From the IMG/VR virus record IMGVR_UViG_3300037558_002241, positions 1-63,387 of that record: DNA of 63,387 nucleotides; one strand, given 5' to 3'. Source of the DNA: a virus (lineage: Duplodnaviria > Caudoviricetes). The number at the start of each line of letters is the position of its first letter. Position 1 is the stretch's first letter. Shown piece by piece: positions 19,833-29,045 of the stretch. The position numbers and the translations under genes were made by a program. Under the pieces are notes generated by a model. That model did no database searches and had not been told where the DNA came from. It saw only the letters and a list, made by a program, of their open reading frames with translations.

Positions 19833-20912
19833 ATGTCCGCTACTCTTTCAAATCAAAGATCTCAATCCGCATGGAATGAGTTCTGTGACTGGGTAACAAG
19901 CACCAACAATCGTCTTTATGTCGGTTGGTTCGGAGTCCTCATGATTCCAACCCTGCTTGCCGCTACAGTCTGTTTCATCGTTGCTTTCGTAGCAGCACCT
20001 CCCGTCGATATCGACGGCATCCGCGAACCAGTTGCTGGTTCACTCATGTATGGAAACAACATCATCTCTGGTGCTGTTGTCCCCAGTTCAAACGCAATCG
20101 GTCTCCACTTCTATCCCATCTGGGAAGCAGCATCACTCGACGAGTGGCTGTATAACGGTGGTCCTTTCCAATTGGTAGTCTTCCACTTCCTGATCGGCAT
20201 CTATGCCTATATGGGACGTGAGTGGGAACTTTCTTACCGCTTAGGTATGCGTCCATGGATCTGTGTTGCCTACTCGGCACCAGTCGCTGCTGCGAGTGCA
20301 GTATTCCTCGTATATCCTTTCGGTCAAGGTTCTTTCTCTGACGCGATGCCCTTGGGTATCAGTGGTACATTCAACTACATGCTTGTCTTCCAAGCAGAGC
20401 ACAACATCTTGATGCACCCCTTCCACATGCTCGGCGTAGCAGGTGTCTTCGGTGGTTCATTGTTCAGTGCAATGCACGGTTCTTTGGTTACATCTTCACT
20501 CGTCCGTGAGACGACTGAGCAAGAGTCACAGAACTATGGTTACAAGTTTGGTCAAGAAGAAGAGACCTATAACATCGTTGCAGCCCATGGCTACTTCGGT
20601 CGTTTGATCTTCCAATACGCTTCATTCAACAACTCCCGTTCCTTGCACTTCTTCCTTGCTGCATGGCCTGTTGTCGGCATCTGGTTCACCGCCCTTGGCG
20701 TGTCCACGATGGCGTTCAACCTGAACGGTTTCAACTTCAACCAGTCCATCCTTGATGGTCAGGGTCGTGTGTTGAACACCTGGGCAGACGTTCTGAACCG
20801 TGCAGGTTTGGGTATGGAAGTAATGCACGAGCGTAATGCTCACAACTTCCCACTCGACCTTGCTGCTGCTGAGTCAACTCCTGTTGCTCTTACCGCACCT
20901 ACCGTTGGTTGA
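19833..20912 (+). CDS. psbA: Photosystem II D1 protein
   Basis: [36 protein letters not shown]; 359 aa from ATG 19833; no intron. Confidence 0.99.
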   Translation: MSATLSNQRSQSAWNEFCDWVTSTNNRLYVGWFGVLMIPTLLAATVCFIVAFVAAPPVDIDGIREPVAGSLMYGNNIISGAVVPSSNAIGLHFYPIWEAASLDEWLYNGGPFQLVVFHFLIGIYAYMGREWELSYRLGMRPWICVAYSAPVAAASAVFLVYPFGQGSFSDAMPLGISGTFNYMLVFQAEHNILMHPFHMLGVAGVFGGSLFSAMHGSLVTSSLVRETTEQESQNYGYKFGQEEETYNIVAAHGYFGRLIFQYASFNNSRSLHFFLAAWPVVGIWFTALGVSTMAFNLNGFNFNQSILDGQGRVLNTWADVLNRAGLGMEVMHERNAHNFPLDLAAAESTPVALTAPTVG

Positions 20913-20950
20913 TACTAACTCCTAATTTGGAATAAATTAGGACATAAGTG

Positions 20951-20976
20951 GGGGTCATTACGACCCCTTTTCTTTT
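20951..20976 (+). terminator. Rho-independent terminator after psbA
   Basis: GGGGTC-attac-GACCCC followed by TTTTCTTTT. Confidence 0.8.
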
Positions 20977-20986
20977 CTAAAAAATT

Positions 20987-21199
20987 ATGTTCTCAAGATC
21001 TATCATTACTACTGCTCTTGTTGCTGATGCAATGGGCAAAATTGCCAAGGCAAAAGCAAACGTAGAAGTATACCTACACAACCCTGTCGGTATTGGAGAG
21101 CACCCTGATGTGCTTGCTGCTATTCAAGAACAAGTAGATATTATCGCTCATGAAGAAGAACGTATTTCCGTTCTTACTAAACATTTCAACGCAAACTAA
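20987..21199 (+). CDS. Hypothetical cyanophage protein
   Basis: 70 aa ORF filling the psbA-psbD gap; NPVGIGEHPD motif. Confidence 0.8.
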   Translation: MFSRSIITTALVADAMGKIAKAKANVEVYLHNPVGIGEHPDVLAAIQEQVDIIAHEEERISVLTKHFNAN

Positions 21200-21217
21200 T
21201 TTTTATCGTATCAAATC

Positions 21218-22273
21218 ATGGTAGCATCAACACTAACTAAACCCACAAGGGGTTGGTTTGATGTCCTAGATGACTGGTTGAAGCGAGACAGATTTGTCTT
21301 CATCGGTTGGTCTGGACTACTTCTCCTTCCCACTGCCTACATGGCAATTGGTGGTTGGCTTACAGGAACCACCTTCGCTACCTCCTGGTATACTCACGGC
21401 ATTGCCTCATCTTACCTGGAAGGTTGCAACTTCCTCACCGCTGCTGTTTCGACCCCCGCTGACGCGATGGGTCATAGTCTTCTTCTCCTATGGGGACCAG
21501 AAGCACAGGGTGATTTTGTCCGCTGGGTACAACTCGGTGGTCTCTGGGCATTCGTTGCCCTGCATGGTGCATTCGCACTCATCGGATTCATGCTCCGACA
21601 ATTTGAAATCGCACGTCTAGTCGGGATCAGACCCTACAATGCTATTGCGTTCTCTGGTCCTATTGCTGTTTTTGTCAGCGTATTCCTTATCTATCCACTG
21701 GGTCAGTCTTCATGGTTCTTTGCACCTAGTTTCGGGGTAGCAGCAATCTTTAGATTCCTGTTGTTCCTTCAGGGTTTCCACAACTGGACCCTCAACCCAT
21801 TCCACATGATGGGTGTTGCAGGTATCCTTGGCGGTGCTTTGCTCTGTGCAATTCATGGTGCTACAGTGGAGAACACACTGTTTGAAGATGGTGAACAGGC
21901 AAACACCTTCAAAGCATTTGAACCTACACAGGAAGAGGAAACTTACTCAATGGTTACGGCGAACCGTTTCTGGTCTCAGATTTTCGGTATTGCCTTTAGT
22001 AACAAGCGGTGGCTTCATTTCTTTATGCTTTTTGTTCCTGTCATGGGTCTCTGGACATCTAGCATTGGGATTATTGGTCTTGCTCTCAATCTTCGTGCTT
22101 ATGATTTCGTAAGTCAAGAGATCAGAGCAGCAGAAGACCCTGAGTTCGAGACGTTCTACACTAAGAACATCCTTCTCAACGAAGGACTCCGTGCGTGGAT
22201 GGCACCAGTCGATCAACCACATGAGTCATTCGTATTCCCAGAAGAAGTTCTACCTAGAGGCAACGCATTGTGA
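21218..22273 (+). CDS. psbD: Photosystem II D2 protein
   Basis: [42 protein letters not shown]. Confidence 0.99.
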   Translation: MVASTLTKPTRGWFDVLDDWLKRDRFVFIGWSGLLLLPTAYMAIGGWLTGTTFATSWYTHGIASSYLEGCNFLTAAVSTPADAMGHSLLLLWGPEAQGDFVRWVQLGGLWAFVALHGAFALIGFMLRQFEIARLVGIRPYNAIAFSGPIAVFVSVFLIYPLGQSSWFFAPSFGVAAIFRFLLFLQGFHNWTLNPFHMMGVAGILGGALLCAIHGATVENTLFEDGEQANTFKAFEPTQEEETYSMVTANRFWSQIFGIAFSNKRWLHFFMLFVPVMGLWTSSIGIIGLALNLRAYDFVSQEIRAAEDPEFETFYTKNILLNEGLRAWMAPVDQPHESFVFPEEVLPRGNAL

Positions 22274-22662
22274 TTCAGTCTCTAGGATTCTTACTACTTC
22301 GTATAGCGATAGGTACTATGCTTATCCATCATGGATATGAGAAACTAGAGAACATTGAAAACTTTGCGGATGCATTTGTACGACCACTGCATCTTCCATT
22401 CCCAATCGTCTCCTCATACTTCGCAGCATTCTCTGAGATTGTGGGGAGTTGGTTGGTTATATTTGGACTCGGCACTCGTCTGGGTGCCTTGGCAATCCTA
22501 GGTACAATATCATTTGCAATTTATCATGCTCTAGTTACATCTGGATTCAATATCTATCTTCTAGAATTGCTTATATTATATTGGGGAGGTGCAGCATGTA
22601 TCGTTCTCAATGGTGGGGGTAATTTCTCACTAGATCACCTCATAAAACGACAACTCACATGA
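22270..22662 (+). CDS. DoxX family membrane protein
   Basis: [31 protein letters not shown]; four hydrophobic segments. Confidence 0.85.
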   Translation: MIQSLGFLLLRIAIGTMLIHHGYEKLENIENFADAFVRPLHLPFPIVSSYFAAFSEIVGSWLVIFGLGTRLGALAILGTISFAIYHALVTSGFNIYLLELLILYWGGAACIVLNGGGNFSLDHLIKRQLT

Positions 22663-22910
22663 ATATCTTCAAAGGACTATTCACTTTTATGTTCGCTGCT
22701 CTGATGTGGGTACAAGTCCCACAGTGGAGTGATGATTGGTCTAAGTGTGCCGTAGATGTACCAGACACAGCATGTCATTGGTATATCGTTGCACCCGATA
22801 GCACCATGGGTGAAGGATTTAGTTGGGCAAATGCCCCCTGGTTCAGTGTCGAAGGTCTCCGAGACATTGGGGAACTTCATAACACACTTCAATCTCTTCA
22901 GGAAGCATGA
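22659..22910 (+). CDS. Hypothetical protein with N-terminal hydrophobic segment
   Basis: 83 aa ORF; Trp/Cys-rich core VQVPQWSDDWSKCAVDVPD. Confidence 0.75.
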   Translation: MNIFKGLFTFMFAALMWVQVPQWSDDWSKCAVDVPDTACHWYIVAPDSTMGEGFSWANAPWFSVEGLRDIGELHNTLQSLQEA

Positions 22911-23122
22911 ATAACTTTGAAGTCTTTCTTTATTTTGTATGCTTTGCTGCTATTGGTGGTGCTGCCTTTGCTATGATGTGGAGTAACATTCAATCTATCA
23001 ATATAGAGATGAGGAATCCTCCTAAACGAAAGCATCCTGAAGCACCTGAAGCAGGTGAAGAGGTGATGTATGTAGATCTCTCTAGACAAAAACTAGAAGA
23101 TCTTTACAATAAGAATGAATAG
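22907..23122 (+). CDS. DUF2973-like small membrane protein
   Basis: TM segment, then MMW.N and HPE motifs. Confidence 0.65.
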   Translation: MNNFEVFLYFVCFAAIGGAAFAMMWSNIQSINIEMRNPPKRKHPEAPEAGEEVMYVDLSRQKLEDLYNKNE

Positions 23123-23132
23123 TGCTATACTA

Positions 23133-23157
23133 AGGGGGTCTCGAACCCTCTTTTTTA
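23133..23157 (+). terminator. Rho-independent terminator
   Basis: GGGGGT-ctcga-ACCCTC followed by a T6 run. Confidence 0.7.
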
Positions 23158-23160
23158 TGA

Positions 23161-23367
23161 ATGCAAACACTAGTAATACATCTGGTAGCGTTCTTCAATG
23201 TAGTTGTAATGAACTGCATTCATCCTGCTAATTGGCAATACTGTTACCGGGTTGATGAATGGTTAGTTCCTGAGGTTATAGAAGGTTATAAACTCTGGAC
23301 AGGTGAGACACACCCCTATCAAAATGAAAAGAACTTCCTAAATAATGACATATCGTCGCCGCGTTAG
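23161..23367 (+). CDS. Hypothetical protein
   Basis: 68 aa ORF; NC..PANWQYC motif. Confidence 0.7.
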   Translation: MQTLVIHLVAFFNVVVMNCIHPANWQYCYRVDEWLVPEVIEGYKLWTGETHPYQNEKNFLNNDISSPR

Positions 23368-23405
23368 GGGATCCTGGCAAAATCCAGGACACCCCTACTT
23401 TTTTT
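23365..23405 (+). terminator. Long GC-rich hairpin/terminator, possibly the 3' end of a small RNA
   Basis: TAGGGG-a-TCCTGG-caaaat-CCAGGA-ca-CCCCTA followed by a T run. Confidence 0.7.
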
Positions 23406-23439
23406 GTCTATATAATGGGATTGCGAATCACTTCACTCA

Positions 23440-23763
23440 ATGAAGCCTTTATTTGTCCTAATCGCTTCACTGTTCCTTGCTTTACCTGCATGGGCAGTGG
23501 ATGTAACGATGGGTGCCGGTGGCAACCTAGTATTTGAACCTAATGAGATCTCAATCTCAGCAGGTGACACAGTTCATTTTATCAATCAAGCATTACCTCC
23601 TCACAATATTATTGTAGAAGGTCGTGTAGATCTTTCCAGAGAAGCATTGTTGTTTGCTCCTGGAGAAACCCAAGACGTTGTATTTGCTGACGCAGGAGAC
23701 TACACTTTCTTCTGTGGTCCTCATCAAGGAGCAGGTATGACTGGCACTATTCACGTTCAATAA
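23440..23763 (+). CDS. petE: Plastocyanin
   Basis: Signal peptide, LVFEP, PPHN, YTFFCGPHQGAGM copper ligands. Confidence 0.95.
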   Translation: MKPLFVLIASLFLALPAWAVDVTMGAGGNLVFEPNEISISAGDTVHFINQALPPHNIIVEGRVDLSREALLFAPGETQDVVFADAGDYTFFCGPHQGAGMTGTIHVQ

Positions 23764-23769
23764 ATCTCC

Positions 23770-24060
23770 ATGTTCACAGTTACAATCCGCACTCCCGAAG
23801 GCGTAGAAACTTCCTTCGAGTCTCCTGAAGATCAGTACATCCTAGATGGTGCTGATGAAGCAGGCATTGATCTAAACTATTCTTGTCGTGCAGGTGCCTG
23901 TTCATCTTGTGCCGGTAAGATTGTAGAAGGTACGGTAAATCAAGAGGATCAATCATTTTTAGATGATGATCAAATTGAAGCGGGATTTGTTCTCACTTGT
24001 GTGGCTTATCCCACCTCTGACTGTACTATTCTTTGTGATCAAGAAGAGTCTCTATACTAA
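23770..24060 (+). CDS. petF: 2Fe-2S ferredoxin
   Basis: [29 protein letters not shown]. Confidence 0.97.
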   Translation: MFTVTIRTPEGVETSFESPEDQYILDGADEAGIDLNYSCRAGACSSCAGKIVEGTVNQEDQSFLDDDQIEAGFVLTCVAYPTSDCTILCDQEESLY

Positions 24061-24090
24061 ATATAAATGATGTAGTATAGTGTATGTGTA

Positions 24091-24363
24091 ATGTCTCTTT
24101 CAAGGAAATTATCACTTTCTGATACTTCAACCGCACTGAAAGAAACCGAACAACAATTAGACAGCGAAGGGACTACCGACCTCGTTGCTCCGGAGAATCC
24201 TTCTCCTGTTTGGCGTTTTCGTGAGCGTTGTTGGAAACGTTTATCCTCAAGTGAGCATGCAACGGCAGTCAATTACTGGCGTAATCAAGAACTTGCAAAG
24301 AAGGTAGTGTTGATGGAAGTTGCAGAACTAGAAAAGAAAAAAGCAAAGACTGGATCTTATTGA
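24091..24363 (+). CDS. Hypothetical protein
   Basis: 90 aa ORF filling the gap on the coding strand. Confidence 0.5.
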   Translation: MSLSRKLSLSDTSTALKETEQQLDSEGTTDLVAPENPSPVWRFRERCWKRLSSSEHATAVNYWRNQELAKKVVLMEVAELEKKKAKTGSY

Positions 24364-24388
24364 CTACGTATCAATAAGATGATATAAT
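24360..24388 (+). promoter_or_regulatory. Sigma70-type promoter
   Basis: TTGACT, 17 bp, TATAAT. Confidence 0.7.
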
Positions 24389-24408
24389 ACCTGAGTAACC
24401 TCTTCATT

Positions 24409-24606
24409 ATGAAAAAGTCTGCTCGCCACCAAGTAAAATCTAAATGGTATTATATTTTCTGGGGTATTGCAACAGTATCGGTGGTGACAGGACAAATCTA
24501 TGTTGGAACTGGTTTTCGACAGATGGCATCTTCCGTACAGGAAGGTGCTAATTTATTTTCTGATTACATAAAGACCTATGAAGGCAGTAGTTTACTCACG
24601 CGATAA
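24409..24606 (+). CDS. Small membrane protein
   Basis: KSKWYYIFWGIATVSVV TM segment. Confidence 0.7.
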   Translation: MKKSARHQVKSKWYYIFWGIATVSVVTGQIYVGTGFRQMASSVQEGANLFSDYIKTYEGSSLLTR

Positions 24607-24814
24607 TTGTCAATGGTGTGATAGAGTTAGACAACTCTTTGCATCTGTTGACCTCGATTATATCGAGTATAAACTAGGTAAAGATTTTACTCAAGAACAA
24701 TTCCTTATGGAGTTTGAGGAGGCAGCAACGTTTCCTCAAGTGTCTATCAACAACAAAGCAATAGGTGGATGCAAAGAAACTCTAAAGTTCCTCCAGGAAC
24801 AAAAGATGATTTGA
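24578..24814 (+). CDS. Glutaredoxin (NrdC-like)
   Basis: CQWC active site, TFPQV, IGG. Confidence 0.9.
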   Translation: MKAVVYSRDNCQWCDRVRQLFASVDLDYIEYKLGKDFTQEQFLMEFEEAATFPQVSINNKAIGGCKETLKFLQEQKMI

Positions 24815-24816
24815 CT

Positions 24817-24954
24817 ATGGATAGGGGGTTTGAACTCCTTCTTCGTACCCGCAAACGGAAACCAAACCACGTAAGAATAATTACGTTATTCAAAATGTTT
24901 GGGATGAAATATTCCCTACATATAGAAAGAGAGGGCAACAATTATGTCTCTTGA
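24817..24954 (+). CDS. Small hypothetical protein
   Basis: ATG 24817 (MDRGFELLLRTRKRKP...) between glutaredoxin and the next ORF. Confidence 0.55.
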   Translation: MDRGFELLLRTRKRKPNHVRIITLFKMFGMKYSLHIEREGNNYVS

Positions 24955-25174
24955 TTCTACGACGATTTTTGTAGCGATGGGTGTTATCATCCTACTACAG
25001 ACCGTTGGTTTAGGACTAGTAATTGGTTATCTAGTTCGGGCATACGTCTTTGATGTAACCCCACAATATAGTCACCCAGAAATGTTTGATGAGAACGGTA
25101 ATCCTGTTGCTGAATCACTCATCTCCTTCCGATTTGAAGGTGACATCCCACGTTTAGATGAATTTGACGACTAA
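24944..25174 (+). CDS. Hypothetical membrane protein
   Basis: TM segment followed by HPEMFDENGN and FRFE. Confidence 0.75.
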   Translation: MSLDSTTIFVAMGVIILLQTVGLGLVIGYLVRAYVFDVTPQYSHPEMFDENGNPVAESLISFRFEGDIPRLDEFDD

Positions 25175-25176
25175 TT

Positions 25177-25632
25177 ATGGCTACAACAAAACTTCCTAAC
25201 AACCCTTTGGTCTCTGAACTGTTCAAAGCAGTGCACGGTGCTAAGACTGTGGATAAGAAGGTTGAGATCTTGGAATCTCATAAGCGGGATGACGTAAAGG
25301 CAATCCTTATTTGGAACTTCGATAAGAAGATTCAAAGTGCTATTCCTGCTGGACCTGTACCTTACAAGGTAAATGATACTCCTGCTAATGCAGTGGGTCA
25401 CACTCGTTTAGTACAAGAGTGGAGGACACTGTATAACTTTATCCGTGGTGGTAACGATAGACTATCTCAGATGAAGCGTGAGATCATGATGGTTCAACTG
25501 CTAGAGACTCTTCATGCTGACGAGGCAGAGATTGTTGTCCTCGCTAAAGATGGTGAACTACAGAACAAGTATCGCATCACTCGTAGCGTCGTAGAGAAAG
25601 CGTACCCTGAGATCGTTTGGCGTGACAAGTGA
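25177..25632 (+). CDS. T4-like cyanophage hypothetical protein
   Basis: 151 aa; LIWNFD, P.G.VPY, LYNFI.GG, LE.LH..EA. Confidence 0.8.
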   Translation: MATTKLPNNPLVSELFKAVHGAKTVDKKVEILESHKRDDVKAILIWNFDKKIQSAIPAGPVPYKVNDTPANAVGHTRLVQEWRTLYNFIRGGNDRLSQMKREIMMVQLLETLHADEAEIVVLAKDGELQNKYRITRSVVEKAYPEIVWRDK

Positions 25633-26741
25633 AGTTCCTCATTGATCTAACAGATCATTGTAACTCCAAGTGTCCTTTGTGTGCTAGACATAAGACATCA
25701 TATAATGATGAGGTAGCGGTACTAAAACCGGACCCATCAATGAATCGTTCTTCCATTAGTCTTGAGCAATGGAAGGAGTGGTTCCCACCAGAGACCCTTA
25801 GGAAGACAGAGTTGATGTACTTCCAAGGGTCTTTTGGTGAACCTACATTGTGTGAAGATCTGTTAGAAATATATTCCTACACTCTAAATGTGAATAGGAA
25901 TATCATCTTCCAGATGAGTACTAATGGAGGCACCCGAGACCAAGAGTTCTGGGGTAAACTTGGTGCCCTCATGGGAGCATCGCATAAAGATTCTTTTCTT
26001 ATCTTTTCTATTGATGGTCTAGAAGATACCATACAACAATACAGGGTAGGTGTAGACTACAATAAAGTAATCAGTAGTGCTAAGGCATTCATTGCCGCTG
26101 GTGGACCTGCTGTGTGGAGGATGCTAGTCTTCAAACATAATGAGCATCAAACTAAGCGTTGCAAGACACTCAGTCGGTTGATGAAGTTCAAAGACTTTCA
26201 ACACACGAAGGTCAATGATATGTATGATGCTAGTGGGAAGGGAGATGGTACTTTTACTTACGAATACAAAGGCACAGTCAGAAAACTAGAGGTAGTTTCT
26301 GATTCTGCACATGTATTCAAAAACAATCCTGTCGCTGAGGATAGTCCTGTTGACTGTAGATACAAGCATCAGCGGGGTAAACCAGGTCAACTTAGGATTG
26401 ATAGTCGTGGTGTAGTTCATGCTTGCTGCTTCCACCAGTCACGTCTGAGGTTCTTCTACCCAGAGTTCTATGTTCATGATGACATTGATGCTCCAGCAGA
26501 GTTTAGGGACATCAAGAACCCAAACAAGGGGGTGGGTGCTGAGTATATGCAGAAGGTATTCTGGGACAATGTTATCCCATTGATTGAAGACCAGGGTGGT
26601 ATCAAATCTATATGCTTACAACATCATAGTCTTGAGGAGATATTACAGACTCCATTTTTCCAGCATACTCTTGTGGACTCTTGGGATAAGAGACCACATA
26701 TCTGTGCAGATTACTGTGGCACTAAGCGGTGCAGCAGTTGA
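25629..26741 (+). CDS. Radical SAM protein with C-terminal SPASM/twitch-like cysteines
   Basis: CNSKCPLC, GEPT, STNG, FSIDG, VFKHNEHQ, HACC, CADYC. Confidence 0.88.
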   Translation: MKFLIDLTDHCNSKCPLCARHKTSYNDEVAVLKPDPSMNRSSISLEQWKEWFPPETLRKTELMYFQGSFGEPTLCEDLLEIYSYTLNVNRNIIFQMSTNGGTRDQEFWGKLGALMGASHKDSFLIFSIDGLEDTIQQYRVGVDYNKVISSAKAFIAAGGPAVWRMLVFKHNEHQTKRCKTLSRLMKFKDFQHTKVNDMYDASGKGDGTFTYEYKGTVRKLEVVSDSAHVFKNNPVAEDSPVDCRYKHQRGKPGQLRIDSRGVVHACCFHQSRLRFFYPEFYVHDDIDAPAEFRDIKNPNKGVGAEYMQKVFWDNVIPLIEDQGGIKSICLQHHSLEEILQTPFFQHTLVDSWDKRPHICADYCGTKRCSS

Positions 26742-26767
26742 CTGACCTACATAATATATGGTATAAT
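26738..26767 (+). promoter_or_regulatory. Sigma70-type promoter of the riboswitch locus
   Basis: TTGACT, 18 bp, TG-extended TATAAT; inferred start site just 5' of aptamer 1. Confidence 0.65.
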
Positions 26768-26772
26768 TACCA

Positions 26773-27002
26773 TACGTTCATCTCACAGTGGTGTGAGACG
26801 CAAGTAAGTCGCGGAACGGAGCCGTTCATCCCATGTTTGAATTTCTTTTATATACATCACTCACTTGTCAACAAGCCGAAGGAATTATCCTGAGGATGCA
26901 AGCATCCGAGTATATCGAAAGTGCTTTCAAAGTTGAACTTGTGGAGACCGTAAAGGAATCTACACCTGAGTGTTATTGGGACGCAAACGACTAAAGGAAC
27001 GG
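26773..27002 (+). ncRNA. Tandem glutamine riboswitch-like aptamers (glnA/Downstream-peptide class)
   Basis: Two units of CGTTCA-P2-GACGCAA...GGAACG upstream of a DUF4278-like ORF; aptamer 1 at 26775-26818, aptamer 2 at 26822-27002. Confidence 0.8.
26833..26994 (+). CDS. 53-aa hypothetical protein encoded inside the second riboswitch aptamer
   Basis: Manual translation MFEFLLYTSLTCQQAEGIILRMQASEYIESAFKVELVETVKESTPECYWDAND; GGAG at 26818-26821. Confidence 0.7.
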   Translation: MFEFLLYTSLTCQQAEGIILRMQASEYIESAFKVELVETVKESTPECYWDAND

Positions 27003-27036
27003 ACCTAAAAATCCAACTACTTTAGGAGTAAGACTG

Positions 27037-27180
27037 ATGAGTACCATCACTTATCGCGGCGTCAAGTATGACGCTGAAAGCTACAAGGCAAAGGTTCTTG
27101 AAGAGCGAGACCAACGCCACAACCATGACCTCATGTATAGAGGTATCAAGGTTGAGCGTAAGTTCGCTTCCAAATCCTGA
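27037..27180 (+). CDS. DUF4278-like 'downstream peptide' (47 aa)
   Basis: MSTITYRGVKYD...LMYRGIKV with two YRG motifs; AGGAG ribosome-binding site; follows the riboswitch. Confidence 0.85.
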   Translation: MSTITYRGVKYDAESYKAKVLEERDQRHNHDLMYRGIKVERKFASKS

Positions 27181-27188
27181 CAACCAAT

Positions 27189-27216
27189 AGAGAGGTCTTG
27201 ACACCTCTCTTTTTTT
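27189..27216 (+). terminator. Rho-independent terminator
   Basis: AGAGAGGT-cttgac-ACCTCTCT followed by a T run. Confidence 0.8.
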
Positions 27217-27232
27217 ATCTTATGTTATACGT

Positions 27233-27385
27233 ATGGAACGAGACAAACTAAAAATTATTATCTCCGACCTAGAGATGCTACTGAGTGCTTTGAAAGCAGA
27301 AGTGTACTCTGATGTGGAGTCGTATCGCTTTGATGAATGCGACCCTGTTGAACTTGACTACGACGAAACATACGAAGGTCCATGA
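27233..27385 (+). CDS. Small acidic hypothetical protein (50 aa)
   Basis: Manual translation MERDKLKIIISDLEMLLSALKAEVYSDVESY...; ATGA overlap with thyX. Confidence 0.75.
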   Translation: MERDKLKIIISDLEMLLSALKAEVYSDVESYRFDECDPVELDYDETYEGP

Positions 27386-28035
27386 AACCAACTGTAACCC
27401 TGGTAAGCAACACGCCTGACGCTGAGCAGCTAATGGCGTACGTTGCCCGAGTAAGCAATCCTTCTAACCAAGAGAACGAAAAGTATGCTGGGTTGCTTAG
27501 GTACTGCATCAAACACAATCACTGGTCTGTGTTTGAGCAATCTACTATGACTCTAGAGATCAACACTACACGTGCAATCGCAGCTCAGATTCTAAGGCAT
27601 AGGTCTTTTACATTTCAAGAGTTTTCGCAACGCTATGCAGACTCTAGTCTGTTGAGGGATAGCATTCCTCTTCCAGAATTGCGTCGTCAAGATGATAAGA
27701 ACCGCCAGAATAGTATCGATGACATGGATGAATTTGAGGTTCAGATTCTAGAGAAACAGATGACAACTCTGTTTGATTCTGCCATGTCCCTGTATCAGCA
27801 GATGCTTGAGCGTGGTGTGGCAAAGGAATGTGCAAGAAATGTGCTTCCACTTTGTACTCCCACCAGAATCTACATGACGGGTTCATGTCGCTCCTGGATC
27901 CACTACATCAACTTGAGAACTGCTAACGGTACTCAGAAAGAGCACATGCAGGTCGCAGAGGAGGCAAAGAAGATATTCATAGAACAATATCCTTCGGTGA
28001 GTGAAGCATTAGAATGGCAAGAATCTGCGGAATAA
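27382..28035 (+). CDS. thyX: Flavin-dependent thymidylate synthase
   Basis: HWSVFEQ, QILRHRSFTFQEFSQRY, KECAR.VLP, TQKEH. Confidence 0.95.
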   Translation: MKPTVTLVSNTPDAEQLMAYVARVSNPSNQENEKYAGLLRYCIKHNHWSVFEQSTMTLEINTTRAIAAQILRHRSFTFQEFSQRYADSSLLRDSIPLPELRRQDDKNRQNSIDDMDEFEVQILEKQMTTLFDSAMSLYQQMLERGVAKECARNVLPLCTPTRIYMTGSCRSWIHYINLRTANGTQKEHMQVAEEAKKIFIEQYPSVSEALEWQESAE

Positions 28036-29045
28036 ATTTATCACACAACGGATCTGTTGCTATTGTTGAAGACGGTGAAGTTGTTTTTTATTTGGAGGAA
28101 GAAAGACTTAGTAAGATCAAACGTGACCGGTCTGCTATTCAGGTAGTAAAAAAGTATCTGGACTCTAGTATTGACAAGGTTACTATTTGTGACTGCTACA
28201 CCAGATATTATCCAGAGAAGTTTATTCTTCGACTCAAGCAGAAGAGTAACCTGACTAGAATTGTAAAGGATCTAGGCATCCCTATCGTAGATTATCGTAA
28301 CAGGCATCATGAATGTCATGCTGCCAATGCTTTTTATAATTCTGGATTTGATGATGCTGTCTGCGTGGTGATGGATGGGAAAGGATCTGCTGTTGTCAAG
28401 AATGAACTAAACTTCTGTGAAGTTGAAAGTATTTTTGTTCACGATGACGATGGATTCATTCCTATCTTCAAACACTTCTCAACTTTTTGGAGTGAAGAAG
28501 AGTGTGCCAAACTAAAAGAACCATACTGGGATGGAAGTTACTTCTACAGTGACCGCACTAGTGTAGGTCAAGCGTACCGTAGGGTGTCACGTTTCTGTGG
28601 GTTTGATGAACGCGAGGCAGGGAAGACTATGGGTCTAGCACCATACTGCGAGACCAAACAGGAACCTAATCTATTCAACGTTGAATATGATCACAGTGTG
28701 TGTAGCAAGGAATTGTATGCAGAAGGACACACCACCAGGTATTCTGGTCCAGAGTGTACTAAAATAGAACTGGCACATCGGTTACAAATATCTGCTGAAC
28801 AACATGCTATACGCATTATTCGCAAAGCAGTTATGATGACTGGAAAAACAAACGTTGTTGTTAGTGGAGGATTTTTTCTCAACTGTGTCGCTAACTATAA
28901 GATCATGAAAGAACTCGATATAAATCTATATGTCGATCCTCTTTCTTATGATGGAGGTCTCTCCATTGGTTCAGCATTACTAGAACATTATGAAGACACT
29001 TTATTTGGGACCCGTCTATACCCTGAACCATATCAAGGGGGATAA
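28014..29045 (+). CDS. Carbamoyltransferase, N-terminal (Kae1-like) half
   Basis: GINLSHNGS, EEERLSKIK, HHECHAA, VMDGKG, AGKTMGLAPY, SGGFFLNCVAN, DGGLSIG. Confidence 0.9.
   Translation: MARICGINLSHNGSVAIVEDGEVVFYLEEERLSKIKRDRSAIQVVKKYLDSSIDKVTICDCYTRYYPEKFILRLKQKSNLTRIVKDLGIPIVDYRNRHHECHAANAFYNSGFDDAVCVVMDGKGSAVVKNELNFCEVESIFVHDDDGFIPIFKHFSTFWSEEECAKLKEPYWDGSYFYSDRTSVGQAYRRVSRFCGFDEREAGKTMGLAPYCETKQEPNLFNVEYDHSVCSKELYAEGHTTRYSGPECTKIELAHRLQISAEQHAIRIIRKAVMMTGKTNVVVSGGFFLNCVANYKIMKELDINLYVDPLSYDGGLSIGSALLEHYEDTLFGTRLYPEPYQGG

Noticed and set aside
19711-19896. 61-aa ORF and the extended psbA start at 19800
   Set aside because: Both overlap the structured leader; the D1 N-terminus fits ATG 19833.
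19833-21217. Group I intron in psbA or a homing endonuclease between psbA and psbD
   Set aside because: psbA is uninterrupted, and the intervening 70-aa ORF has no nuclease motif.
26761-26775. NtcA site at the riboswitch promoter
   Set aside because: The GTA...TAC spacing is not N8.
28990-29045. Sequencing frameshift or pseudogene at the carbamoyltransferase split
   Set aside because: The break falls at the natural inter-domain linker, the C-half has its own ATG before YLGP, and a second N-half ends at the equivalent position. Reads would be needed to exclude an error fully.
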